From an uncultured Gammaproteobacteria bacterium (GTDB lineage Bacteria; Patescibacteriota; Microgenomatia; Levybacterales; UBA12049), in assembly GCA_964474445.1 (NCBI GenBank), contig CAYYSJ010000001.1, positions 206,530-270,529 on the forward strand: a DNA stretch of 64,000 nucleotides. Reading direction: 5' to 3'. A model generated the notes under the pieces. It was not told the DNA's origin and made no database searches. It saw only the letters and a list, made by a program, of their open reading frames with translations. Position numbers and translations under genes: made by a program. Of the stretch, positions 1 to 8,740 are shown piece after piece (the stretch's first letter is position 1; each line of letters starts with the position of its first letter).

Positions 1-51
1 CCAACAATTGATTTTCCTAAGCTGGTTGGATCTCTTCGTCAAAGACCATAG
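1..51 (+). CDS. 3' end of a gene entering from the left; probable paralog of 142..909
   Basis: Frame 1 reads PTIDFPKLVGSLRQRP-TAG, resembling the C-terminus TTVDLPKLATTIQRKTS of the next ORF. Confidence 0.6.
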   Translation, partial: PTIDFPKLVGSLRQRP

Positions 52-141
52 GATTTATTATCTCCTCTTTGAGGATGGTAGAATCATTTTCAGTAAAAGA
101 AAGTACTGATTTTTTCTTAAAAAGAGAGTAAACTTTATTCT

Positions 142-909
142 ATGAGCAGTGAGTCAGAATTACAGAAACAACAAAGCCAATTTGACATTTATCTGGAAGC
201 AGTTAAAAGAGAATTGGGGCGGGCAATGCATCCAGAAGCAGAACGCATTCCAGATAATATTGATGTGCTTGCTGCCTTTTGGGAAGGAACTGGCTTACAT
301 GCAGTGAGCATGCGATTTCCCGGTGTTTCGAAAGAGATGGGTGGTATCGTAAATGATTGGATTGTCACACTAACTTACGATGCGTCTGGTAATTTAGTTG
401 GATTTAATTCAGTATTTTCAAAAATTCCAGAAAGACAACCAGAAATGCCTGTAACAGTAAAAGGTACCATCGCGTCACTTCGCGGAGGAGAAGGAATTGG
501 TTCATTTACTGCAATGGCGCATAAACAAGCATTACAACATTACACAAATCGTTTAGGAAGAACTATTGTGAATGTGATGCAAGATGAAAACGCACAGAAG
601 TTTGCAGGAACTGAAGTTCGCGACCGATGGGAATCTGTTTTTGCAGATGATGGCACAGCAGGTTTTGTCGGAGGCAAGAGGACTTTCACTCCCAATGGAT
701 CATCTGATACAGAATCGCATTTTTATCAAGTAACTGTTACTCGAGCACAAATGCCCCAACGGAAACCCGCTTCTTATCAATTTATCGAAAGACAACCAAG
801 CCCAAAAGAGATAGCTCTTTTTGCTACGTCAGGCTTTGGATTATCCAGCACAAGAACAACAGTCGATCTTCCAAAGCTTGCAACAACTATCCAGCGCAAA
901 ACTTCTTGA
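142..909 (+). CDS. Hypothetical protein, possibly divergent GNAT-like fold
   Basis: 255-aa ORF; TAAACT -10 element 7 nt before ATG; LRGGEGIG resembles GNAT motif A. Confidence 0.7.
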   Translation: MSSESELQKQQSQFDIYLEAVKRELGRAMHPEAERIPDNIDVLAAFWEGTGLHAVSMRFPGVSKEMGGIVNDWIVTLTYDASGNLVGFNSVFSKIPERQPEMPVTVKGTIASLRGGEGIGSFTAMAHKQALQHYTNRLGRTIVNVMQDENAQKFAGTEVRDRWESVFADDGTAGFVGGKRTFTPNGSSDTESHFYQVTVTRAQMPQRKPASYQFIERQPSPKEIALFATSGFGLSSTRTTVDLPKLATTIQRKTS

Positions 910-934
910 CACATTAGGTGAACCACTCTATACT
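906..934 (+). promoter_or_regulatory. Sigma70 promoter of the gatCAB leader
   Basis: TTGACA (906-911), 17-bp spacer, TATACT (929-934). Confidence 0.85.
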
Positions 935-944
935 CACTTCAACC

Positions 945-983
945 ATGAAGTTTGCACAAAATCAACAAAATGGTTCCCTATAA
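945..983 (+). CDS. Gln/Asn-rich leader peptide MKFAQNQQNGSL (putative gatCAB attenuator peptide)
   Basis: ATG AAG TTT GCA CAA AAT CAA CAA AAT GGT TCC CTA TAA; five consecutive Q/N codons, 10 nt after a consensus -10. Confidence 0.8.
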   Translation: MKFAQNQQNGSL

Positions 984-1019
984 AGTTGGGAGGTTTTGTT
1001 ATGTAAAATGATACCTCCC
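964..1019 (+). promoter_or_regulatory. Alternative 1:2 and 2:3 (antiterminator) hairpins of the gatCAB attenuator
   Basis: 1:2 = AACAAAA(964-970)/TTTTGTT(994-1000) plus TCCC(975-978)/GGGA(988-991); 2:3 = GGGAGGT(988-994)/ACCTCCC(1013-1019). Confidence 0.75.
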
Positions 1020-1035
1020 CAGTGGGAGGTTTTTT
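1013..1035 (+). terminator. Intrinsic terminator (attenuator 3:4 hairpin) upstream of gatC
   Basis: ACCTCCC-CAGT-GGGAGGT followed by a T run (1030-1035). Confidence 0.85.
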
Positions 1036-1050
1036 ATTTATAATACAGAT

Positions 1051-1347
1051 ATGGCAAAGCTCAATATTGATCATGTAGCACAACTTGCTAATATTCCTTT
1101 GAAGATAGAGGAGAAAGAAAAGCTTGAAGAACAGCTTGAGGCAACCCTTGCACATGTTGAGAGACTAAAAGAAATTGATACATCAAAAGTAGAGACAACA
1201 AGCGAAGTAACAGGCTTGAAAAATGTCTGGCGAGAAGACGTTATAGAACCTTCTCTTTTTCAGGCAGAAGCACTCATGAATGCAAAAAAAGTTCATAACG
1301 GATTTTTTGTCGTCCCTGTGATTATTGAGGAGGCAGTAGAAGAATAA
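1051..1347 (+). CDS. gatC: Asp-tRNA(Asn)/Glu-tRNA(Gln) amidotransferase subunit C
   Basis: HVAQLANI N-terminus, WRED and NA..GFFVVP motifs; coupled to gatA. Confidence 0.95.
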   Translation: MAKLNIDHVAQLANIPLKIEEKEKLEEQLEATLAHVERLKEIDTSKVETTSEVTGLKNVWREDVIEPSLFQAEALMNAKKVHNGFFVVPVIIEEAVEE

Positions 1348-2753
1348 TGGATTTACATGCACTAACTATCACTGATGCAAAGAATAAGCTTCTCAAAAAA
1401 GAAGTATCATCTGTTGAATTAACAACGGCATACTTGGACAGAATTAAAACGCTTGATGAAAAACTCAATGCCTTTGTAACAGTTACTGAAGAACAAGCAC
1501 TTGAAGACGCAAAACGTGCAGACGAGTTACTTGCTTCCAACCAGGACCTTCCCCTGTTGGGTATTCCCTTCTCTATTAAAGATAATTTCTTAACAAAAGG
1601 CATCAGAACAACAGCATCAAGTAAGGTATTGGACGACTATATCCCTGCATATTCTGCAACGGTTGTTGAAAAACTTCATCATGCAGGAATTGTTACTCTT
1701 GGAAAAACAAACATGGATGCATGGGCTCATGGCTCCTCAACTGAGACATCTGATTACGGTACAACGAAAAATCCATGGGATACCAATCGGTTGCCCGGCG
1801 GCTCATCAGGCGGTGCAGCAGCAAGCGTTGCTGCAGATGAAGCAGTTGCCGCAATTGGTTCTGAGACTGCAGGATCGATTCGACTTCCAGCTGCATGGTG
1901 TGGAACAGTCGGCCTTAAGCCAACCTATGGCAGGGTAAGCAGATACGGTGTTATAGCAATGGCATCAAGTACTGACAGTCCCGGTCCTCTTACCAAAACC
2001 GTTGAAGATGCAGCACTCATTTTGGAAATTCTGGCAGGAAAAGATCCAAAAGATGCAACAACATCCCCAGAACCAACACAGAAATATACACAAGAAATGA
2101 AAAAAGAACGACCAATGACCATTGGAATCCCTGAAGACTATTTTAAAGGTGTTGATCCGGAAATTGTTTCAGCAGTCAATGACGCAATTAAACTTCTGGA
2201 GAAAAAAGGCCACAAGATCAAAAAGATCAATCTGCTTGATCCGAAATATGCCATTGATGTGTACACCATTTTGCAGCGATCTGAAGTTTCTTCTAACTTG
2301 GCACGATTTGACGGTATTCGATACGGCAATGACAGGTCCTACTTTGGTGAAGAAGCAAAACGGCGTATTATGCTTGGTACCTATGCCCTTTCTTCTGGAT
2401 ATTATGATGCATATTATAAAAAGGCACAAAAAGTACGAACAATTATTATTGAGGACTTCAATAAAGCATTTTCAGAAGTTGATGTTATTATCAGTCCCTC
2501 AACTCCGGTTCCCGCATTGCCAGTTGGAGCAACAAAAGACAACCCAATGTTTGGTGAGCTGATGGACGTATTGGTTGAGGCATCCTCTATTGCTGGACTG
2601 CCTGGGATCAATATGCCTGTTGGATTTTCAAAAGAAGGCTTACCTCTTGGTATGCAGATTATGGCAAAGCAGTTTGATGAGATAAGTATCTTACAACTTG
2701 CATACCAGTATGAAAGAGAAACCAACTGGAGAAAGGAAAAGCCACAGCTATGA
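1347..2753 (+). CDS. gatA: Amidotransferase subunit A
   Basis: Amidase signature PGGSSGG, GSETAGSIR, GLKPTYGRVSRYG, RRIMLGTY. Confidence 0.97.
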   Translation: MDLHALTITDAKNKLLKKEVSSVELTTAYLDRIKTLDEKLNAFVTVTEEQALEDAKRADELLASNQDLPLLGIPFSIKDNFLTKGIRTTASSKVLDDYIPAYSATVVEKLHHAGIVTLGKTNMDAWAHGSSTETSDYGTTKNPWDTNRLPGGSSGGAAASVAADEAVAAIGSETAGSIRLPAAWCGTVGLKPTYGRVSRYGVIAMASSTDSPGPLTKTVEDAALILEILAGKDPKDATTSPEPTQKYTQEMKKERPMTIGIPEDYFKGVDPEIVSAVNDAIKLLEKKGHKIKKINLLDPKYAIDVYTILQRSEVSSNLARFDGIRYGNDRSYFGEEAKRRIMLGTYALSSGYYDAYYKKAQKVRTIIIEDFNKAFSEVDVIISPSTPVPALPVGATKDNPMFGELMDVLVEASSIAGLPGINMPVGFSKEGLPLGMQIMAKQFDEISILQLAYQYERETNWRKEKPQL

Positions 2754-4069
2754 AATATACACCGGTGATAGGACTTGAAGTCCATGTTGAGTTAACAACA
2801 AATTCAAAAATGTTTTGTAGTTGCGCAAATGACTGGTTTGGTGCAACACCAAATTCACATACGTGTCCTGTTTGTCTTGGCCTCCCCGGTGCACTTCCTG
2901 TTCCAAACAGAAAAGCAATTGAAGGATGCATCAAAATCGGTATGGCACTCAATTGTACTATTCCTCTCGTCTCAAAATTTGATAGAAAAAACTATTTCTA
3001 TCCTGACTTAGCAAAAGGATACCAGATTAGCCAGTACGACCAACCATTCACAGAAAACGGTTCTATGATCCTTTCAACAGGGAAAACAATCGGCATCAGA
3101 CGTGCCCACATGGAAGAAGATACCGGCAAATTAATGCATGCGACTGTTGATGGAGAAAAAGTGAGTCTTATTGATTTCAACCGCTCCGGAGTTCCACTTG
3201 TTGAAATTGTGACAGAGCCAGATTTTGAATCAGCTTCAGAAGTAAAAGAGTATCTGCAGAAATTGCAGCAGTTAGTACGATATCTTGGTATTGCACATGC
3301 TGATATGGAAAAAGGCGCAATGCGACTTGAACCAAATATTTCGTTAAGACCAGAAGGCCAGACGGACTTACCAGATTATAAAGTGGAAGTGAAAAATATT
3401 AACTCATTTTCATTTGTTGAAAAAGCAATCGAATATGAATTAAAACGCCAGGCAGAACTTTTAGACAAAGGTGAAAGACCTGCTCAAGAAACACGTGGAT
3501 GGGATGAGGATAGGAAAATGACTATTTCCCAAAGAAGCAAAGAAGAAGCAGCAGATTATCGATATTTTCCTGAGCCAGATATCCCTCACTTTGAATGGAA
3601 AGAAGAATTCCTTACGACACTCAGGAACGAACTTCCAGAACTTCCAGATGCAAAGAAAGAACGATTTGTCAAAGAATATAACCTTTCGCTATATAATGCA
3701 GATCTCTTAACAAAAACAAAAGAACTTGCAGATTACTTTGAAGAAGCAGTAACTGTTGGAAAAGACCATGGGCTTGATGCAACAAAAATTGTAAACACGA
3801 TGATTAATAAAAAATTGGATATTGAAAAAGTCCTACCCGCTGCACTTATTAAAGATTTGAAAGCAGCAGAAGTAACAGACACGCTTTCACTAGATGAACT
3901 TCACCTCGTTCTCAAACCTATTCTTGATGCAAACCCTCAAGTAGTCACAGATTATAAAGCAGGGAAAGTCAACGCACTCATGTTCTTGGTTGGACAGGCA
4001 ATGAGAGCATTGAAAGGGAAAGCAAAAGCAGACACTGTGAAAGCAGAGCTTGAAAAATTACTGCAATAG
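2750..4069 (+). CDS. gatB: Amidotransferase subunit B
   Basis: IGLEVHVEL, FDRKNYFYPDL, HMEEDTGK, DFNRSGVPLVEIVTEPD, YRYFPEPD. Confidence 0.97.
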   Translation: MKYTPVIGLEVHVELTTNSKMFCSCANDWFGATPNSHTCPVCLGLPGALPVPNRKAIEGCIKIGMALNCTIPLVSKFDRKNYFYPDLAKGYQISQYDQPFTENGSMILSTGKTIGIRRAHMEEDTGKLMHATVDGEKVSLIDFNRSGVPLVEIVTEPDFESASEVKEYLQKLQQLVRYLGIAHADMEKGAMRLEPNISLRPEGQTDLPDYKVEVKNINSFSFVEKAIEYELKRQAELLDKGERPAQETRGWDEDRKMTISQRSKEEAADYRYFPEPDIPHFEWKEEFLTTLRNELPELPDAKKERFVKEYNLSLYNADLLTKTKELADYFEEAVTVGKDHGLDATKIVNTMINKKLDIEKVLPAALIKDLKAAEVTDTLSLDELHLVLKPILDANPQVVTDYKAGKVNALMFLVGQAMRALKGKAKADTVKAELEKLLQ

Positions 4070-4164
4070 TTTTCCCTCACCTATTCGTAAAACAATACTT
4101 GTACAAACACAATCAAACATATTAGAATAGAATAAGATAATGATCGCTTGCGATCGACAATTCT

Positions 4165-7100
4165 ATGACCGATTTTGTTCATCTTCATAACCATTCAGAG
4201 TTTTCTCTTCTTGACGGACTCCAAAAAGTAAAGAAAATGGTTGCTCGTGCAAAAGAACTGGGAATGCCCGCAGTTGCTATTACCGACCACGGAAGTATGT
4301 ATGGGACTATTTACTTCTACAAAGCCTGCATGGAAGCAGAAATCAATCCAATCATAGGATGTGAAATTTATATCACGCCAAAATCACGCTTCTCAAAAGA
4401 TGACAAAAATTATAACCATCTCATTTTGCTTGCAGAAAACAATACTGGGTATAAAAATTTGATGAAGATCGTGAGTAAAGCTCACTTGGAAGGATTTTAT
4501 TACAAACCACGTACAGATCTGGAGCTGTTAGAAGAATACCATGAAGGACTTATTTGTCTTTCTGCATGTGTCAATGGCTTTGTCTCAGAACCTCTTCTTG
4601 CCGGCGAACAGGAAGAAGCAGAAAGACGGGCAAAAGAGCTGTCTCGTATTTTTGGACCAGACCATTTTTACCTGGAATTACAAAGACATCTGAATGTCCC
4701 GCCTCAGGAAGTTCTTAACCCTAAACTAATCACTATGTCTCGCAAATTAGGCATACCTCTTGTTGCTACCAATGATAACCACTATACGATGCGAGATGAT
4801 GCAGAGGCTCAAGAAATTCTCCTCTGCATTCAAACACAAACAACAATAGACCAACCGAATAGAAAGCTTTCTATGATTGATTCCCCTGATTTTTATATGA
4901 AGACACCAGATGAAATGGCAGAATTGTTTGCAGACATTCCTGAAGCAATTTCCAATTCTGTCAAAATTGCGAACATGTGTCATGTCGAAATAACACTTGG
5001 CAAATGGGTGATGCCGAAATATGAAGTCCCAGAAGGACATACCCTTGATAGTTATCTAGAAGAACTGGTATGGGCAGGAGCAAAAAAACGATATGGAGAA
5101 ATTACACCAGAAATTAAAGAACGTATTGAATACGAATTAGCAGTTATCTTTAAAAAAGGCTATTCAACTTACTTTTTGACCGTGCAGGATTTTGTAAACT
5201 GGGCAAAAGATCATGGTATTAGTGTCGGCCCTGGGAGAGGGTCTGCAGCGGGATCTGTTGTTGGCTATTGTCTTCGAATTACAGACGTTGACCCGTTTTT
5301 CTTTAAGCTTCCTTTCGAAAGATTTTTAAATCCGTTGAGACCTTCTGCTCCTGATATTGACTTGGACTTTGCAGATATACGACGGGAAGAGGTCATTAAA
5401 TATGTTACGGAAAAATACGGCGAAGATAAAGTTGCACAAATTATCACGTTTGGCACCATGGAAGCCAAAGGCTCTGTTAGGGATGTTGGAAGAGCCTTGG
5501 GAATGCCATATGCTGGTCCTGACCGAATTTCCAAAATGATCCCTCCTGGCTGGCAAGGCCATGCAATGACGCTTGATTCGGCTCTTGAACAATCACCGGA
5601 TTTAAAAAGAGCATACCAATCTGAGCAGGAGACAAACCGATTGATTGAATTGTCTAAAAAAATAGAGGGTGTTGTCAGACATGCCTCTGTCCATGCAGCT
5701 GGCGTTGTGATTGCAGATAAACCGCTTACTGAATACGTTCCTATTCAAAAAGAACCATCTGGAGGAGAAAAAATAGTGACACAATATGATATGTATACAG
5801 TCGGAGAAGACGGCGTCGGACTACTTAAAATGGACTTTTTAGGTCTTCGCAATTTAACTATTATTGAAGAAGCATTGAAGTTTATTAAACAAAATCAGAA
5901 CATTGAAATAGAAATGTCCACCCTTCCAGTGGATGACAAGCCAACCTATGATTTACTTTCCAGCGGTGAGACAACAGGCATTTTCCAATTGGAATCCGCA
6001 GGGATGCGACGATATATTAAAGATCTTCGCCCAACAAATATCTTTGATTTAATGGCAATGGTTGCGCTATACCGTCCAGGACCAATGCAAAATATTCCTG
6101 TTTTTATTGCCCGCAAACATAACCCTGCACTCATTGACTATCCTGATCCAAGGCTTACTGATATTCTGAAAAACTCATACGGCATTCTCACCTATCAGGA
6201 CGATGTGCTTCTTACTACCATTACCCTTGCCGGATATACGTGGCTTGATGCGGATAAATTCCGAAAAGCGATGGGTAAAAAAATTCCTGCAGAAATGAAA
6301 AAACAGGAAGAGAAATTTACTCAAGGAGCAATGAAGAACGGTTTGACACAAAAACGGGCACAAGAAATTTTTCAACTTATTGCACCATTTGCAGGCTATG
6401 GATTTAACAAATGCGTTACCGCAGATACAACCATTACTGATGCAGAAACAGGTGAGATATATACAATAGGAGAATTATATAAGACAAATAAACAGATGAA
6501 TGTACTTTCTATTACTGATAACTATAAATTAAAGCCATCCCCCATTACTGCAGTTCAAGAAAACGGCATAAAGGAAGTTTTTGAAGTGGTGACAAGAAGA
6601 GGATTGAGAATAAAAACAACAGACAACCATCCTTTTTTCACCCTTTCTGGTTTTAAAGAATTAAAAGAGTTGAAAGTCGGAGAGAGAATTGGTACTGCAC
6701 GATATGCACCGCTTCCCAAAAAACCATTTTTTATTCCAGACTACAAATTAGCTGTACTTGGATATCTGCTAGCAGAAGGAAATTTTTGCCATCCTTCAGG
6801 GATATACTTCTATTCAACTTCACAGGAAGAAATTACTGATTTTGTCACCTTAGCAAGAGAATTTAACAATGCTCATATTACAATAGATAGAAGTAAAACA
6901 ACTCAAGCTGTATATATTGGAAGAAAAAATAAAAAAGAAGACAATAGCGTATTCCAATGGATTAAAGAGCTTAACCTGTTAAATAAGAAAGCTACAAAAA
7001 AAACTATTCCACAATTTGTTTTTCAGCTCAATAAGGATCAATTGTCTCTATTCCTTGCAAAAATGTGGCAAGGAGATGGATCAATCACTCCACAAAAAGG

Positions 7101-8682
7101 AGGGCAAATCTATTATGCAACAAGCTCAGAAGTACTTGCTCACCAAATGCAGCACCTATTATTACGGCTTGGCATTATTAGTACTGTTCATGATAAAAGT
7201 TTCAAGTATCGAGGAAAAGTTCTCCTAGGATTTACTATTCATATCTCTCGCTATACAAATATAAAAACTTTTTCAGAAACAATAGGAAAACATCTTATTG
7301 CAGGTAAAGAAGCTATGCTTCAGGAAATTATCCATAACCATGCTATTCTTTCCCAAAAGCTCGACGTATTAAGCGCCCGAGGGACGAAGGATATTATCCC
7401 TGCAGAAATTCTCCTTACTATAAAAGAAGAAATTTATAAATCATACGCCTCACTCAACGAATATAGTGCCAACACTGGCCTTGCTGTGCGCTTGTTTTCG
7501 TATGATGCAAGAAAAATTGGTTTTCTCAGAGAATCGATGCAATATATAGCAGCTTCATTGCAGTCTCAGGTACTTGAAGATATTAGCAATTCTGATGTTT
7601 ATTGGGATGAGATTGTTGAAATTAATCCAAAAGGAAAAGAAATGACATACGATTTAACAATCACACAAACGCATAACTTTGTTGCAAATGATTTTATTGT
7701 GCATAACTCACACGCAGCGTGTTATGCGACTATTGCTTATCGAACCGGCTATTTGAAAGCACATTTCCCAGTAGAATTTATGACAGCACTTCTCACTGCT
7801 GAATCTCGCGGTACAACAGGTCCTCAAAAAAATGAAAAGATCTCACAAGCAATTGCTGAGTGTAAAAGGCTCAATATTGTTGTTTTGCCTCCTGATATTA
7901 ATACCTCAGAAGCTGAGTTTTCTATTGAAGATTCGGTAAAAATACGTTTTGGTCTTTCTGCTATTAAAAATGTTGGAGAAGCAGCAATTACATCCATTCT
8001 TACTGCTCGAAAAAGAGGAAAGTTTATATCATTTGAAGATTTTTGTATGCGGATTGATTTAGGAGCAGTAAATAAAAAAACACTTGAATCTCTTATTAAA
8101 GCAGGTGCAATGGATTTGTATGGTAATCGGGCGATGCTTCTTGCATCAATGCCTGAAATAACAGATAAAATCAGTAAATATAAAAAACAGCAAGCAGAAG
8201 GACAAGGATCTCTTTTTGGAGATGATACAGCGGAAGAAAAGTTGGATGTGAGTACTGCAGCATACGCTGATATTGAAGATTTTTCCAATACGGAAAAACT
8301 AACATTTGAAAAAGAGTTTCTAGGGTTTTACCTCACAGCACATCCACAAGCAGAAAATCTTAACTTTATTAAATCAATCATTAGTCATGAACTAGAGATG
8401 TTGGGTGAAGGAGTTACGAATGGATTACAAGTAAAAATTGGTGGTATTGTAGAGACTGTGAAACGGATTTTTACAAAAAAGACAAATGCAGAGATGGCAT
8501 TTGTTTCACTCTCCGATGAAAAAGGAACAGTTGTTGAGTGTGTTATTTTCCCGAAAGTCTACGAAATCTATCGAGACATTTTGCTGCAAGATACTGTTCT
8601 TCTTTTTGAAGGAAAAATTGATATCAAAGATGATAGACCGGTTATTATTGTTAACTCTATCTCAAAACCTCAAGCATCATAA
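4165..8682 (+). CDS. dnaE: DNA polymerase III alpha subunit, intein-containing (about 1073 aa after splicing)
   Basis: PHP domain HLHNHSEFSLLDG, GPGRGSAAGS, PDIDLDF, KMDFLGL, C-terminal OB fold. Confidence 0.97.
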   Translation: MTDFVHLHNHSEFSLLDGLQKVKKMVARAKELGMPAVAITDHGSMYGTIYFYKACMEAEINPIIGCEIYITPKSRFSKDDKNYNHLILLAENNTGYKNLMKIVSKAHLEGFYYKPRTDLELLEEYHEGLICLSACVNGFVSEPLLAGEQEEAERRAKELSRIFGPDHFYLELQRHLNVPPQEVLNPKLITMSRKLGIPLVATNDNHYTMRDDAEAQEILLCIQTQTTIDQPNRKLSMIDSPDFYMKTPDEMAELFADIPEAISNSVKIANMCHVEITLGKWVMPKYEVPEGHTLDSYLEELVWAGAKKRYGEITPEIKERIEYELAVIFKKGYSTYFLTVQDFVNWAKDHGISVGPGRGSAAGSVVGYCLRITDVDPFFFKLPFERFLNPLRPSAPDIDLDFADIRREEVIKYVTEKYGEDKVAQIITFGTMEAKGSVRDVGRALGMPYAGPDRISKMIPPGWQGHAMTLDSALEQSPDLKRAYQSEQETNRLIELSKKIEGVVRHASVHAAGVVIADKPLTEYVPIQKEPSGGEKIVTQYDMYTVGEDGVGLLKMDFLGLRNLTIIEEALKFIKQNQNIEIEMSTLPVDDKPTYDLLSSGETTGIFQLESAGMRRYIKDLRPTNIFDLMAMVALYRPGPMQNIPVFIARKHNPALIDYPDPRLTDILKNSYGILTYQDDVLLTTITLAGYTWLDADKFRKAMGKKIPAEMKKQEEKFTQGAMKNGLTQKRAQEIFQLIAPFAGYGFNKCVTADTTITDAETGEIYTIGELYKTNKQMNVLSITDNYKLKPSPITAVQENGIKEVFEVVTRRGLRIKTTDNHPFFTLSGFKELKELKVGERIGTARYAPLPKKPFFIPDYKLAVLGYLLAEGNFCHPSGIYFYSTSQEEITDFVTLAREFNNAHITIDRSKTTQAVYIGRKNKKEDNSVFQWIKELNLLNKKATKKTIPQFVFQLNKDQLSLFLAKMWQGDGSITPQKGGQIYYATSSEVLAHQMQHLLLRLGIISTVHDKSFKYRGKVLLGFTIHISRYTNIKTFSETIGKHLIAGKEAMLQEIIHNHAILSQKLDVLSARGTKDIIPAEILLTIKEEIYKSYASLNEYSANTGLAVRLFSYDARKIGFLRESMQYIAASLQSQVLEDISNSDVYWDEIVEINPKGKEMTYDLTITQTHNFVANDFIVHNSHAACYATIAYRTGYLKAHFPVEFMTALLTAESRGTTGPQKNEKISQAIAECKRLNIVVLPPDINTSEAEFSIEDSVKIRFGLSAIKNVGEAAITSILTARKRGKFISFEDFCMRIDLGAVNKKTLESLIKAGAMDLYGNRAMLLASMPEITDKISKYKKQQAEGQGSLFGDDTAEEKLDVSTAAYADIEDFSNTEKLTFEKEFLGFYLTAHPQAENLNFIKSIISHELEMLGEGVTNGLQVKIGGIVETVKRIFTKKTNAEMAFVSLSDEKGTVVECVIFPKVYEIYRDILLQDTVLLFEGKIDIKDDRPVIIVNSISKPQAS
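6412..7707 (+). mobile_element. 432-aa intein with LAGLIDADG homing endonuclease in dnaE
   Basis: GYGFNK|CVTADT ... block B TTDNHPFFT ... LGYLLAEG and LAKMWQGDG ... HNFVANDFIVHN|SHAACY; removal restores conserved FNKSH. Confidence 0.95.
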
Positions 8683-8740
8683 AATCCTTTGTTTAGAAAA
8701 AGTACTCCCTAACCTGCTCCCCTTTTGTTACAATTTTTAG

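Noticed and set aside
821-1155. ORFs 821..1006 (+) and 934..1155 (-) over the gatC leader
   Set aside because: They overlap real genes and the promoter; the 945..983 peptide in another frame explains the region better
6412-7707. Split DnaE intein
   Set aside because: The reading frame is continuous and the site differs from the cyanobacterial split site
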